Part shown: positions 30,177 to 41,039 of the stretch, one piece after another
Numbering within the stretch: position 1 is the first letter of the stretch
Layout: each line of letters opens with the position of its first letter
From: Epithemia pelagica
Lineage: Eukaryota; Protista; Bacillariophyta
Assembly: GCA_946965045.2 (NCBI GenBank)
Contig: OX337237.1
Span: forward strand, 3,038,001 to 3,102,000
DNA length: 64,000 nucleotides
Reading direction: 5' to 3'
Position numbers and translations under genes: made by a program
The notes under the pieces: model-generated
Databases searched by the model: none
What the model was told of the DNA's origin: nothing
The model's input: only the letters and a program-made list of their open reading frames with translations

Positions 30177-32549
30177 ATGGCGAGTGGTGCCGGACCTTCC
30201 TTGTTGGAATTGACGCAGGATGCCTGGAATGGCGTGGTGGCCGGTGACGACAACCACAACGACAAGAACAAGGACGACGAATCCACCGTGCCGTACCAGT
30301 GTACATGGCACCGCCATGTGTGGTGGTATTTGGTCGATCCAAGTACCGAAACCTTGTATACACCTCCCCAAGTTGTGGGGAGTGGACACTTGATTCAAGC
30401 GGCCTGGACGGGGTGGCAACGGGCCGTGCAACAGCAACAATTACAACAACAACAAGAGAGACAACGACAGCAACAGCAAGAAAAAGAAACACAACAATCC
30501 GCACAACAGTCACCTCGTCGCAAACGAAAATCCAAACGTCGTTCGTCGCCCTCTTCTTCGTCTTCCGAATCCACAACGTCCACTGTATCTTTATGGACAC
30601 GACTGTCCGTGTGGTGGACCCAGTCCGTGTTGGATCCTCTCGTGGAACAAACCCTGCGTCGGTTCGACGGCCAGAAGGGCACCCAGTCGTTATCGATTCC
30701 ATGCCTGTGGGTGTGGATGGTCTGGATTCTCCTTCATACGACCATTCCCTACGCCCTGACATGGTATTATTCGCCCACCTTTTACTTTACCGCGCGCCAT
30801 GACCATGACGACGACCACGACCCACTCGACCACGACGAATCTTCTACGACTCCCACCCATTCGGAGGATTCGTCAGCCTTTTCTCAAGCCTCGCACGATC
30901 ATGCCTGGTTGGTCCATCATGCCTTGGCCGGTTATGTTCCCGCCTGGGTCTTGCTGGCGAATGCCCTCGGTCATGTCGGAACGTGGCTCGGCTTGAGTGT
31001 GGTGCGACGCGGCTGGTCATCGGTTCCTGGGCGTTTGTCGTCGTGGATGCCAACCACCACCAACGACAACCACCATTGGTTTGGACCGTGGTTGGTCGGG
31101 CACTTGTCCCTGTATGTGTTGGAATCCACGGTCTGTCTCCTGGTGCTCGTGTCGTCCCTGCAGGCCGTCGTCATGTGGGAACCGGCCACCTTGCTGTGGA
31201 TCCAAGTCGTCTTGCAAGTCACCTACTTGGTGACGTGTGTGTGGGAACCGGCCCATGGTACGGCAGCCTTGGGGGCCGTGGCTGATTCGAATCGTTGTCG
31301 ATCACACCCAGTTGCCGCTTCGTGGTGGCCTTCGTGGCCGGGTGGGACGGCCAGTTTGGTCGTGGCCGTCGTTTCGTTGGGACATGCCCTGGTGCGAGAA
31401 GAAACCGTCGTGTGGTATCACATTAATCTCTATCCCTTGATTTTGCCGTGGTTCCTGTCCTGGGTGCCATTCATTGAGTCGTTCTGGTCGTTGTCGTCGG
31501 TTTCCAGTCATTATGACCTGCCGGCGGTGGTCACCCACTGGATCTTGACGGCCTACAGTTGGATGGAACGGCTGTGGATTGTCTTTGCCAGTCGCGACGA
31601 AGAAAATGACCTTGTTCATGACGATCCCGCGGCCGTCTTAGACAATGGTCGTACCAAGACGGTTTATTTGGATGACGACCAAGACATGTACCATCCCGAT
31701 CATCATCATCGACATGGCCATGTCTTGACCTTGGGACAAGGGTTGGAATTTCTCATTGTCCTGACCTGTGGGTGGCTGATTTTAGGATCGCTGTATCGTG
31801 TCTTGTCCCACTTGACCCTTCGACCAGCCCTTTCGGCATGCAGCAAACTACTGGTTCCAGCCAGTGTCTTGTTTGTGCCGTGGATCTTGATTGGGTTGGA
31901 AGAATTGGAATGGATGGCGTATCATCCCGATGCCTGGTCCACGGCCACCACCTTGGATATTGTGTGGTGGACCTGTACCCGGACCCTGCATCTGGCCTTG
32001 ATCGTGACGTGGACGCAGGGGACGTGGACGCTGTGGTTGTGTGGACAGGCCCACCAGGCGTGGCCCGTTCTCGGTGCCACGACGACCATGGCGGCCGTGT
32101 GGACCAGTGTTGTGCTGTGGATTGTGTACGATGTGCGATGGAAACGCATTCATCAAGTCTTGGTATTGGTGCTCGTGTGGCAATTGGGGCAAACGGCTCG
32201 GTCCATGAGACGGGCCGTCGCCGCCGCGTACGCGTCGGGAACGACCCCGACTCCACCATCTACCACACCCACCGAGCCACCACAACGAAACGACGACGAC
32301 AAGGACGACCACCAGGAGGATACGAATCCCAATGCACCACCAGCAGCAGCAGCTGCTGCGGAAACCAGTCAACCCACAACAACACCAGCAACCGTCACGT
32401 CACCACCACCACCACCATTCCCACCCACGAATCCCAAGGTTGGATTTGCCGCGGCTCTCTCCTCCTCCTCGACAACCGCAGCACCAGCAGTGCCAGCCAA
32501 CAAGATAAGTTTGGGAATGCCAAACAATCCGACTAGTACGGGGGATTGA
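30177..32549 (+). CDS. Hypothetical multi-pass membrane protein (790 aa)
   Basis: Long ATG ORF with many Trp/Val/Leu-rich hydrophobic stretches, poly-Gln, His/Asp-rich loops and a Pro/Thr tail; no family recognised. Confidence 0.65.
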   Translation: MASGAGPSLLELTQDAWNGVVAGDDNHNDKNKDDESTVPYQCTWHRHVWWYLVDPSTETLYTPPQVVGSGHLIQAAWTGWQRAVQQQQLQQQQERQRQQQQEKETQQSAQQSPRRKRKSKRRSSPSSSSSESTTSTVSLWTRLSVWWTQSVLDPLVEQTLRRFDGQKGTQSLSIPCLWVWMVWILLHTTIPYALTWYYSPTFYFTARHDHDDDHDPLDHDESSTTPTHSEDSSAFSQASHDHAWLVHHALAGYVPAWVLLANALGHVGTWLGLSVVRRGWSSVPGRLSSWMPTTTNDNHHWFGPWLVGHLSLYVLESTVCLLVLVSSLQAVVMWEPATLLWIQVVLQVTYLVTCVWEPAHGTAALGAVADSNRCRSHPVAASWWPSWPGGTASLVVAVVSLGHALVREETVVWYHINLYPLILPWFLSWVPFIESFWSLSSVSSHYDLPAVVTHWILTAYSWMERLWIVFASRDEENDLVHDDPAAVLDNGRTKTVYLDDDQDMYHPDHHHRHGHVLTLGQGLEFLIVLTCGWLILGSLYRVLSHLTLRPALSACSKLLVPASVLFVPWILIGLEELEWMAYHPDAWSTATTLDIVWWTCTRTLHLALIVTWTQGTWTLWLCGQAHQAWPVLGATTTMAAVWTSVVLWIVYDVRWKRIHQVLVLVLVWQLGQTARSMRRAVAAAYASGTTPTPPSTTPTEPPQRNDDDKDDHQEDTNPNAPPAAAAAAETSQPTTTPATVTSPPPPPFPPTNPKVGFAAALSSSSTTAAPAVPANKISLGMPNNPTSTGD

Positions 32550-32671
32550 CGCACGGTCGACATGTAACAAACGTTCCTCCGAATACTTGGTAGGTATGGC
32601 TCGAATCCATACGACTACACAGGGAAAGTTGGTACAACAAAGAGAGTGTTTGATCCGGGGTGTATTACTTG

Positions 32672-32698
32672 TATATATATATATATATATATATATAT
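32672..32698. repeat. (TA)n microsatellite
   Basis: About 13 TA units. Confidence 0.9.
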
Positions 32699-33075
32699 TA
32701 TGTATATACCCAAAGGGTCCCACACCAATGTCTGTCGATCGAATCTACTCCTAGATGGGAAATTGATTTGGGTAATCGACATGTCTATTAAGGTACTACA
32801 TAGGAGTAGATAGTCCCCAGTATATGGTGCACTTTTTTGGGGGGGAGTGAGCCAATCACGGGGTACCATGAAAAAGCCCAGGGGGGAGGGGGGTTTTGTA
32901 AGGTCAAGTCTTGTATGATCGTGAATCCTAACGCATTCGCTCCCAACCAGAAATCGAAAAACATGGCATGGTGTCCACGACTGCTATGGGCCAATGACCA
33001 ACAAAATCACCCCGAATACCACACTTTCATTTTTTAGTTGACACAAAAGACGACGACGACGACGACGACGACACC

Positions 33076-34698
33076 ATGGGGAGGAGGAGCCGGTCCCATT
33101 GTGATCGATCCACGACGAAAGCGACGCCTTCTTCTTCAAGAAGAAACCTTTCCCAATGGAGGAATCTCGTGGCAACCACAATGTTTTTGGCTTTTGTTGG
33201 AAACTTTTTCATGTCTCGTCAATTCCTTCTGGAACTCTCGCCCTCGTCTTTCGTAGTTTGGGACAGCCCCGAAGAAGAAGCTCCGCCACTAGTAGAAGCA
33301 TCGCCAGGATTCGTTCGGATGAGAAGCAACAACAACACGGAATTGCAAGGTCCACAGGAGCATGCCACCATACTAGCACGAGAACTACAGCAACCGAGCA
33401 GGAGGACCATTGCCTTGTGGTGCTTTTTGGACGACCAGTCAACTTATATTTTCGCTCATTTTCCGCATGCAATGCAAGCCTTGAGTCAATGTTGGAGTTT
33501 CTTTCAGTCGCAGCAAGCACAACTCCAGGCAACAACAGCGTCTTCTCAACTGTCCAACGACAATAACGAGGACATGTTTCAGTGTCATATCAACCTCAAC
33601 CGCGTGACAGGTTTGGGTTCAGTCGCACAGGATTGGCGAGCGGCCTTGATTGTCAAGTTGATGAAGTGTACCTACGACTACACAGAGTTCAATCTGTCAC
33701 AGCTGCCACAAAATAGCACGGTTGTCTCACTAAAGCATCCGCCCGATAAACCACAAGACCAAAAACAATCAAAGGGAAAGAAGCGCATGAAACGGAAACC
33801 AGAGCTGCCACGAAACACTGCCACTCATACCTATTACTTGTTTCGGCCGCACCGTAACGATTCCGCTCTTCATCGATTCTTTTGGGATCCCCAACATGGA
33901 CAAGTGCTGCGAAATCGACTCTTTGAAACAAAAAGCTATCGAAACCACAACAACATTAGCGAAACCACCAATTCCAGTAACAGCATGGCCGTACTGGATG
34001 AGACTGCTCTCCGAATTGGCTTGGTCAATCGATTAAAAAATCGAAAAGTTGGGAACATGGACCAACTGGAGAAAGCCATTCGCCGAATGTACCCGGATTG
34101 TATTGTGGAAAATGCCAATATGGAAGGCATGAAGCCAATACAGCAATTTACATGGTGGTCTCGACAGTCCATTGTGATTCTTCCCCATGGTGCTGCCTCG
34201 ACCAATCTCTTGTTTCTGAAAGCAGGATCAGCCATTATTGAACTGTTTCCGCCCCATTATTACGAATTTGGCTTTTGGGCCTTGTCCAAAAGCTTAAACG
34301 TCCGTTACTATGGATACTTTCCCTTAATGGCTCGACGCAGGAAGACGAGCCAATCCAAACGAAAGAAACTGGTCGTGAAGATGTACGAAGAGTTCAAAGA
34401 AAATTGTAGAAAAATGGCGGTAGATCAAATGCATCGGACAATCCCAGTTCATTATCCATCCATCCCGCACGTGCTTGTCCTTCTTCGGCGGGCCGTTGCC
34501 GATCGGCAACTTTATCAGCAACAAACTCTATCCCAGAAGCAAAGTGACAGGAACGTGTCGTCGTGGTCCTATGTACCCCAAATTTCTAAAATGGTGTCCT
34601 GGTGTTGGTCGGCTCAACACGTTTTCCCAAACGAGGACAATCTGGTCCATCATTTTGACGACGACCCGCCACAATCCTTCGTGGATGAGTACTCGTGA
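33076..34698 (+). CDS. GT61/DUF563-like glycosyltransferase
   Basis: Anchor LVATTMFLAFVGNFFMS; FAHFPHAMQ; LRIGLVNR; PHGAASTNLLFL..IIELFPPHYY; DDDPP tail. Confidence 0.82.
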   Translation: MGRRSRSHCDRSTTKATPSSSRRNLSQWRNLVATTMFLAFVGNFFMSRQFLLELSPSSFVVWDSPEEEAPPLVEASPGFVRMRSNNNTELQGPQEHATILARELQQPSRRTIALWCFLDDQSTYIFAHFPHAMQALSQCWSFFQSQQAQLQATTASSQLSNDNNEDMFQCHINLNRVTGLGSVAQDWRAALIVKLMKCTYDYTEFNLSQLPQNSTVVSLKHPPDKPQDQKQSKGKKRMKRKPELPRNTATHTYYLFRPHRNDSALHRFFWDPQHGQVLRNRLFETKSYRNHNNISETTNSSNSMAVLDETALRIGLVNRLKNRKVGNMDQLEKAIRRMYPDCIVENANMEGMKPIQQFTWWSRQSIVILPHGAASTNLLFLKAGSAIIELFPPHYYEFGFWALSKSLNVRYYGYFPLMARRRKTSQSKRKKLVVKMYEEFKENCRKMAVDQMHRTIPVHYPSIPHVLVLLRRAVADRQLYQQQTLSQKQSDRNVSSWSYVPQISKMVSWCWSAQHVFPNEDNLVHHFDDDPPQSFVDEYS

Positions 34699-34944
34699 GG
34701 CATCAGTTCCAGATCACATCGATATCATTTTCCAATTCGCTCTTGTGACGGATGGTCCATGGAACCAGGAGACTTGTTTTCAACTCACATGTTACAAACA
34801 GCTCCCAAACCATATAATCGGGACGATGCGACCAAATCAAGAATGACTCGAGCTATTTTCAAGAGGACACGAATGCGCATCTTTCTTGAAAGAGAAGGGA
34901 TATCGAATATTGGTTTTGTGGACTATTCCTTGTCCTCATGCTCC

Positions 34945-35150
34945 GGAACGACATTGCAAGCGTGCGCCAAGGCTTCATGTTCATCAATGTGGCGTTGTTC
35001 GTAGGTCTAAAAGTTGAAGGAAAAAGGCGGTACCTTACCGGCTTGTACCGGATTATTGGCATTGCTTTCCCTGGAATGTGCACAACGGCCACTCCCACTT
35101 GGCGCGGACCATGTCGTGCTTGAACCTGCTCGACGCAATATTGCAAGGTC
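34945..35150 (-). pseudogene. Rearranged 3' fragment of the purine phosphoribosyltransferase gene (intact copy at 40066-40791)
   Basis: Minus strand gives LQYCVEQVQARHGPRQVGVAVVH and ...IDEHEALAHACNV, while the intervening ~75 bp (KKGGTLP / DYWHCFPW) matches the plus strand. Confidence 0.75.
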
Positions 35151-35216
35151 CGTCACAAAAAGACGCATCGTACCACCACCCAGCCGTCTCAAGCGGAGGA
35201 GGATCCACTTTTGGCA

Positions 35217-35891
35217 ATGCTGCGCAACAATCTGAATCTACAACACTCCAGTGGTGCAGACGACTTGTTACATTCGTTGAATGACAAACAGTCTTGGTTT
35301 CACCAACTGGGTGGTGGGGACCGTGCGGCGGAATGGATTGTGGATTGCTATCGTATGCGAGTCGATGATGACGCCGTCTATGGAGCCACCTTTCGTGGTA
35401 TGTACGCCATTTCCGACGACGACGATGTCATCGAACAGGCATTGGACTTGACCAAGGATTTTCTCCTCTTTTTCAAACTGGCCGTGAAACAGCAAGTCGT
35501 GCCCGACCACTTTCCCTATGCATCGTGTCTACGGCACCATGCTCCCAATCTTTTACTCTTGGCCTTTGAAAAGTCGGATGCCAAGGAAAAGTGGGGCGGA
35601 GAAAATGTCTTTTCGGCCGGTCCTAGTCTTCGCCGAACGGCCGAATTGGTGTACGGCACGAGTTGCATGTCGGATAACCGGGATGAAACCACGATACTGG
35701 CAGAAGAAGAGTTGGTCGAAGACATTGCCGAGAAGCTCCAGTACGACGGCGAGCAGGACTACGATCTGGAGGTTGCCGGGGACCAGGACTCTTTGACGAC
35801 GTGGGAGGCAAACCGGACTGGGTCGCTCTCTGGAAGGCGTTGCAACAAAAACTACTCGAGTGATGATTCGGCACTACTGCGAATGCGGTGA
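35217..35891 (+). CDS. Hypothetical protein, possibly 5'-truncated; resembles the domain found C-terminal to MYND fingers
   Basis: WIVDCYRMRVDDD...DFLLFFKLAV...AFEKSDAKEKWGGENVF...SLRRTAELVYG. The family resemblance is from memory; no MYND finger is visible. Confidence 0.45.
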   Translation: MLRNNLNLQHSSGADDLLHSLNDKQSWFHQLGGGDRAAEWIVDCYRMRVDDDAVYGATFRGMYAISDDDDVIEQALDLTKDFLLFFKLAVKQQVVPDHFPYASCLRHHAPNLLLLAFEKSDAKEKWGGENVFSAGPSLRRTAELVYGTSCMSDNRDETTILAEEELVEDIAEKLQYDGEQDYDLEVAGDQDSLTTWEANRTGSLSGRRCNKNYSSDDSALLRMR

Positions 35892-36369
35892 ATGCCATGG
35901 ATCCAGTACTCAATGTTCAGTGTTGCCGTTGTATCCTTCTTGGCGGGCTCGAATTCTAGGAGACACGCACAAACACACATCATATGGATGTTCCACACAA
36001 ACTCCCGAGATTCATCATTCTCTCTTTCTCTCTAGAGTCGATTGTTGTGCCATGGATTCTGTACAACAGGAACCATCTGAAAGGTGAGATGCAATGGAGA
36101 GACTGTTTCTAGCTAGAAGAAGAGAGCAAGTGTTGGACTTTAAATTAGGGGTAGGCCTCCATGTTTTCGTGCGCGACTGAAACACCCACACTCAACGTGC
36201 GACTGGCATACCGCCGGTGTCCCAGTCGCGTTGCCCCACAAAACGTCACCCAGATCTCAAGTGTCAACCATCAAAACAAAAATGAACCATGATTCTCCAC
36301 TGATTGAGAACATCACCACAACCACATCATTCGATCCGAAACGATCTAGTAGAAGAGCAGAGAGACAAC

Positions 36370-37503
36370 ATGTCTACAAGTACAAGCGGCCAAAGTTGGT
36401 GGACCATGGCGGCTTCCGCCTTGCAGCATATTACCACTACTACGACTCGTTCAGCCGCTGATGCAAGCACGACGGCTCTTTGGGCAGCAGTCGTTCCGGC
36501 AGCCGTGCTTTCCTGTCATTATCTTTACTCGAATTATTGGTATTGCAAACCCATTGCCGGCAAAGATGCCATTGTTGTCACGGGTACGGATTCGGGCATT
36601 GGCAAGCATGCCGCCTTGACCTTGGCGAAACGGGGCTTTGTGGTCTTTTGCGGTGTATTGGACCGACACCATGGGGACGAGTTGGTCCAACTGGCCATTG
36701 ACAATGGGATTGATCCTTCCAATATCAAGCCAATGTTGCTGGATGTGACGAATGCGCAACACATTCAAGACGCGGTCAAGCACGTGACTGCCGTTGTGGG
36801 TCAAGACCATGGATTGTATGGCTTGTTCAACAATGCCGGAATTGGTAATCCCGTCCGACAGGGCGAAGGTCGATCCATTGAACATGCACCCCTGTATCAA
36901 GTACGCAAGGTCATGGACGTGAATTTTTTTGGCACGTGGCAAGTCACACAAGCCTTTTTGCCCTTGATTCGACAACGACAAGGCCGGATTGTCACCAATG
37001 CCTCCTTGGCCGGAACCATGGCCTCGCCCTTTGTCGGCCCGTATACCGCCTCCAAATTTGCCGTCGAAGCCATGATGGATTCGCTCCGACGCGAACTCTT
37101 GGGGTTGGGTGTCACGGTCTCCATTTTGGAACCCGGCTTTGTCGCGACACCCATTTACACGAGTGTGGTCACGGCGGACCAATTGCGGTCGTATTCCGGT
37201 GTGGGTGTGTATGCGCAAACCGAAGTGTGGCAAACGCGAAACATGATGCACTTGGCCTGGACCATGGGCGTGTCCCCAAAATCCAGTACCTCCCCCGCCA
37301 TTGTGCATGCCTTTCAATCTCCGACCCCGCAACTCCGATACAAGGTGGGAGGCTTGTGCACCGGGTTTTCGTTCTTGGCCCGATGGCCCGCCGTTTGGAC
37401 CGATTGGTTCTTTTGGATCACGACCCAAATTCCCGTCCCCGCCGTTTCGCCCGAGCAGGAAACACAACTCCAACGGAAATTGGCCACGGATTTTGCTCTG
37501 TAA
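36370..37503 (+). CDS. Short-chain dehydrogenase/reductase (retinol/17-beta-HSD-like)
   Basis: TGTDSGIG (TGxxxGxG), NNAG, catalytic S...YTASK (YxxxK), EPG; N-terminal hydrophobic segment. First ATG at 36370. Confidence 0.92.
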   Translation: MSTSTSGQSWWTMAASALQHITTTTTRSAADASTTALWAAVVPAAVLSCHYLYSNYWYCKPIAGKDAIVVTGTDSGIGKHAALTLAKRGFVVFCGVLDRHHGDELVQLAIDNGIDPSNIKPMLLDVTNAQHIQDAVKHVTAVVGQDHGLYGLFNNAGIGNPVRQGEGRSIEHAPLYQVRKVMDVNFFGTWQVTQAFLPLIRQRQGRIVTNASLAGTMASPFVGPYTASKFAVEAMMDSLRRELLGLGVTVSILEPGFVATPIYTSVVTADQLRSYSGVGVYAQTEVWQTRNMMHLAWTMGVSPKSSTSPAIVHAFQSPTPQLRYKVGGLCTGFSFLARWPAVWTDWFFWITTQIPVPAVSPEQETQLQRKLATDFAL

Positions 37504-37940
37504 TAGGAGTACGAAACTTTATCTCTTGCGTGTGTGAGTGTAGAAAGAGCACCCTCCCTTCTGGTGTGGGGCGTTTTCGGGTAGAGTCTCCTTTTTTCTC
37601 GTGTTTTTTTACGGCGTCTTTTGTGTGCGTTTGCCAGCAAAAGTGCAGTGGACCGCCAACCGCGCAATGGGCCCACAAGACAGAAGATTCTTCCAGAAAC
37701 GAGCTCCTCCATGTCATTGGAACTACCTAGTACATCCTTGACGCCGACCTTGATACACAACGAGAGACTCATGTAGAAAGTAGATCCATAGTCCAAAGTG
37801 TTTCTCTTAGTTTTGTGGGCCATGTTGTCACTCATTCGAATATTGGTTGAACGCTTCTCCGATGGTTGAAACCTCATGTTAGAAATATTAGGAGTACACT
37901 TCCAAAGACATTGATATCGACGTGATCTAGAACTCATGCC

Positions 37941-39653
37941 TCACGAGTACTCATCCAAGAGGGATTGTGGCGGGTCGTCGTCAAAGTGATGGACCAGGTT
38001 GTCCTCGTTTGGCGAAACGTGTTGAGCCAACTCACAATGCGACGCCATTTTCGATATTTGGGGTACATAGGACCACGATGACAGGTTCCTGTCACTTTGA
38101 TTCAGCTGAATAGTTTCTTTTTGTTGTTGTTGGTAATGCTGCCGATCGGCTACGGCCCGTCGAAGAAGGACAAGCACATGCGGAATGGATGGGTAATGGA
38201 CTGGGAGGTCGCGATTTTTATGATCCACAGTCCTTCTTGTACAGCTTTGTTTGGACGCTTCGTACATCTTCACGACCAGTTTGTTTCGTTCGGATCGGCT
38301 CGTATTGCCAGTTGTGGACATCAAGGGAAAGTATCCATAATACCGCACATTTAAAGTTTTGGACAAGGCCCAAAAGCCCCACCAATAATAGTGCGGTGGG
38401 AAAAGTTCAATAATGGCCGATCCTGGTTTCAGAAACACGAGATTGGTCGAGGCAGCGCCATGTGGAAGAATGACAATGGACTGTCGAGACCACCATGTAA
38501 ATTGCTCCAGAGGCGTCATGCCTTCCATAGTGGCACGTTCCACAATACAATCCGGGTACATTCGGCGAATGGCTTGCTCGAGTTGGTCCATGTTCCCAAC
38601 TTTACGATTTTTCAATCGATTGACCAATCCAATCCGGAGAACAGTCTCATCCATGAGGGCTATGCTGCTGCCACTGGAATTGGTGGTTTCGTTGTCCTTG
38701 GTATCGACAATGCTGTGGTTCGTCGTCACGGCATGAACAAGATTTGTTTTTCGATAGGTTTCTGTTTCATAGAGACGATTCCGCAACACTTGTCCATGTT
38801 GGGGATCCCAAAAAAATCGATAAAGTGCAGAATCGTTATGGTGTGGTCGAAACAAGTAATAGGTATGAGTTGCATTGTTTCGTGGCAACTCTGGTTGCTT
38901 TTTCGTGTGCTTCCTCCCCTTTGGTTGTTTTTGGTCTTGTGGAAGATCGGCTGGGCTTGTTAGTGAGACAACCGTACTATTTTGTGGTAGCTGTGACAGA
39001 TTGAACCGTGTGTAGCTGTAGGTACACTGCATAATCTCCACGACCAAGGCCGCTCGCCAATCCTGGTCGACTGAACCAAAACCTGCCACGCGGTTGATGT
39101 TAATACGACACTGAAAGTTGTCCTGGTTCGGCTGGTGTGGAGGAGAGGCTGACGCCTTGAGCTCGGCTTCCATGGACTGAAAGAAACTCCAACATTGACT
39201 CAAGGCTTGGAGTGCATGCGGAAAATGATGGAAAATATAAGTTGACTTGTCGTCCAAAAAACACCACATGTCAATGGTTGTATTCTGCAGCTGTGGCCGT
39301 GGTTCTGGTAGTTGTGCCTCTCGTAGCGACACTGCTTTTGTACTATTACCAGGTTGCTCCTGGAAACCTTGTCGTAGCTCCGAGTTGCTGTTGTGGTTGG
39401 TGGTGTTGCTGATATTGTCGTTTTCCCTCCCAAACAATCCAGATGCCTCAGCAAGGAGGTGAACTTCGTCGAGACTGGTCCATGCCACGGAAGAGGAGGA
39501 GAGTTGAATCAGGTATTGACGTGACAAGAAAACGTTTCCAGCCACTGCTACCAAAATTGAAATACCAACCAAACTCTTGCGCGATGTGAAACGTCTTGTA
39601 GTTGAAATCTTCGTATTCGGATGAGATCGGTGCCTCGTCATGGTCGTCGTCAT
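37941..39653 (-). CDS. GT61/DUF563-like glycosyltransferase
   Basis: Close paralogue of 33076-34698 (same LRIGLVNRLKNRKVGNMDQL, PHGAASTNL and DDDPP blocks). Confidence 0.82.
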   Translation of the reverse strand: MTTTMTRHRSHPNTKISTTRRFTSRKSLVGISILVAVAGNVFLSRQYLIQLSSSSVAWTSLDEVHLLAEASGLFGRENDNISNTTNHNSNSELRQGFQEQPGNSTKAVSLREAQLPEPRPQLQNTTIDMWCFLDDKSTYIFHHFPHALQALSQCWSFFQSMEAELKASASPPHQPNQDNFQCRININRVAGFGSVDQDWRAALVVEIMQCTYSYTRFNLSQLPQNSTVVSLTSPADLPQDQKQPKGRKHTKKQPELPRNNATHTYYLFRPHHNDSALYRFFWDPQHGQVLRNRLYETETYRKTNLVHAVTTNHSIVDTKDNETTNSSGSSIALMDETVLRIGLVNRLKNRKVGNMDQLEQAIRRMYPDCIVERATMEGMTPLEQFTWWSRQSIVILPHGAASTNLVFLKPGSAIIELFPPHYYWWGFWALSKTLNVRYYGYFPLMSTTGNTSRSERNKLVVKMYEASKQSCTRRTVDHKNRDLPVHYPSIPHVLVLLRRAVADRQHYQQQQKETIQLNQSDRNLSSWSYVPQISKMASHCELAQHVSPNEDNLVHHFDDDPPQSLLDEYS

Positions 39654-40065
39654 TACTTCTGGTTGTCGTTGGTGGTTTTTTTCGGAATTGTTGGTGACTG
39701 GATCCCTCTTTTGTGTTGAAAGCCAAGGAGAAGGAGATTGGTTCGTCGTCGTGAACGATCCTACGGAGGTACGGAGGTTCAGTTTTCAGTTGTTGTGTTT
39801 TCAAGAGTTCAAACGAGAAAGAATGAGGGGCTGGAGTATACCTCCAAAAGGAAATTGCAAATTGCAACTTTGTTGAAAAATGAATGTGCACAGTAAAAAT
39901 TACACACATCCACATCCGGATGGTGGAGCGAACGTCGATAAAAAGATGGGCGCGCGTTCAAAATGCTGGACCGTCAAGGAAACGCTTATGGGTCGCTTTA
40001 CGTGTGGAATCACCACCCAAAATCTTTTTTGTTGGAGATATCTCTTTGCTCTTTGCCACCAAAGA

Positions 40066-40791
40066 ATGATGGCTCCCCCGGATGAACCACCCAAAGAAGA
40101 CATAGAGGAGGAACCAATCGGTACAAGGACAACCAATGCCGTGATTTACCAGAAACAACCGGCACCCGACGGCAAGGTCTACTTTAGTTACCGAGACGTG
40201 CACGCCACCATTCAGTCTCTGGTCCCTCGACTCCTCGCTGCATCGTCGTCCTTTCAACCAACGGTCCTGTTGGCCATTGGAAGTGGCGGATTTTTACCGG
40301 CTCGTATTTTACGCACCAGTCTCCACATTCCCCTCCTTACCGTGACGTTGCAATTGTACAACGACGACAAGGACAACAATCCAAACGACAACCAGGAACG
40401 GAACGAGGACAACCCACAACAAGTTCGCTGTTTGCAATGGTTCGATGACACGACCTGGCCCGGTACCTTGGTTCGTGGGGGCAACGTTTTGATTGTCGAT
40501 GAAGTGGACGATACGCGATGGACCTTGCAGTATTGCGTCGAGCAGGTGTTCGCACGACATGATCCGCGCCAAGTGGGAGTGGCCGTGGTACACAACAAGA
40601 GGAAGAAAAAACGCGGCACCTTGCCGGCCACGGTACACTACTTTGCCGGCGCCACGGTTCCGGATTATTGGCATTGTTATCCCTGGGATGCCGAGGCCTA
40701 CGACCAACGCACCATTGATGAACACGAAGCCTTGGCACACGCGTGCAATGTCGTCGTTGCCGACCCAGAGCCGGAGGAGGACCAGGAATAG
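40066..40791 (+). CDS. Xanthine/hypoxanthine-guanine phosphoribosyltransferase (yeast XPT1/HPT1 type)
   Basis: KVYFSY..VH, LAIGSGGFLPARILRT, PRPP loop VLIVDEVDDTRWTL, VAVVHNK, WHCYPWD. ATG at 40066. Confidence 0.88.
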   Translation: MMAPPDEPPKEDIEEEPIGTRTTNAVIYQKQPAPDGKVYFSYRDVHATIQSLVPRLLAASSSFQPTVLLAIGSGGFLPARILRTSLHIPLLTVTLQLYNDDKDNNPNDNQERNEDNPQQVRCLQWFDDTTWPGTLVRGGNVLIVDEVDDTRWTLQYCVEQVFARHDPRQVGVAVVHNKRKKKRGTLPATVHYFAGATVPDYWHCYPWDAEAYDQRTIDEHEALAHACNVVVADPEPEEDQE

Positions 40792-41039
40792 TCTGCAAAA
40801 AACTGGAGCCTTTTTTTCTACACAAAGGATTGGAACCCCTTGTGGGAATCGTTTGGACTGCCTTGGCTCGTCCACGAACCATGCGCTCTGGTTCGGGCAC
40901 ATTCGTACCCAACACGGAGCACAAACCGCGGCGTTCTCCATTTGGCTCCGGAACCGTCGTTTCCCTCTGCGTCTCCAACCCGTCCGTAGTGTACCTCACA
41001 GGAAACGACACACGGCATGGAAATGCCTCCTTGTTTTGT

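Noticed and set aside
40495-40530. Trp in the PRPP loop (DDTRWT versus DDTRTT) as an inactivating change
   Set aside because: It falls at the variable x of T-[GR]-x-T; the acidic pair and both Thr are kept.
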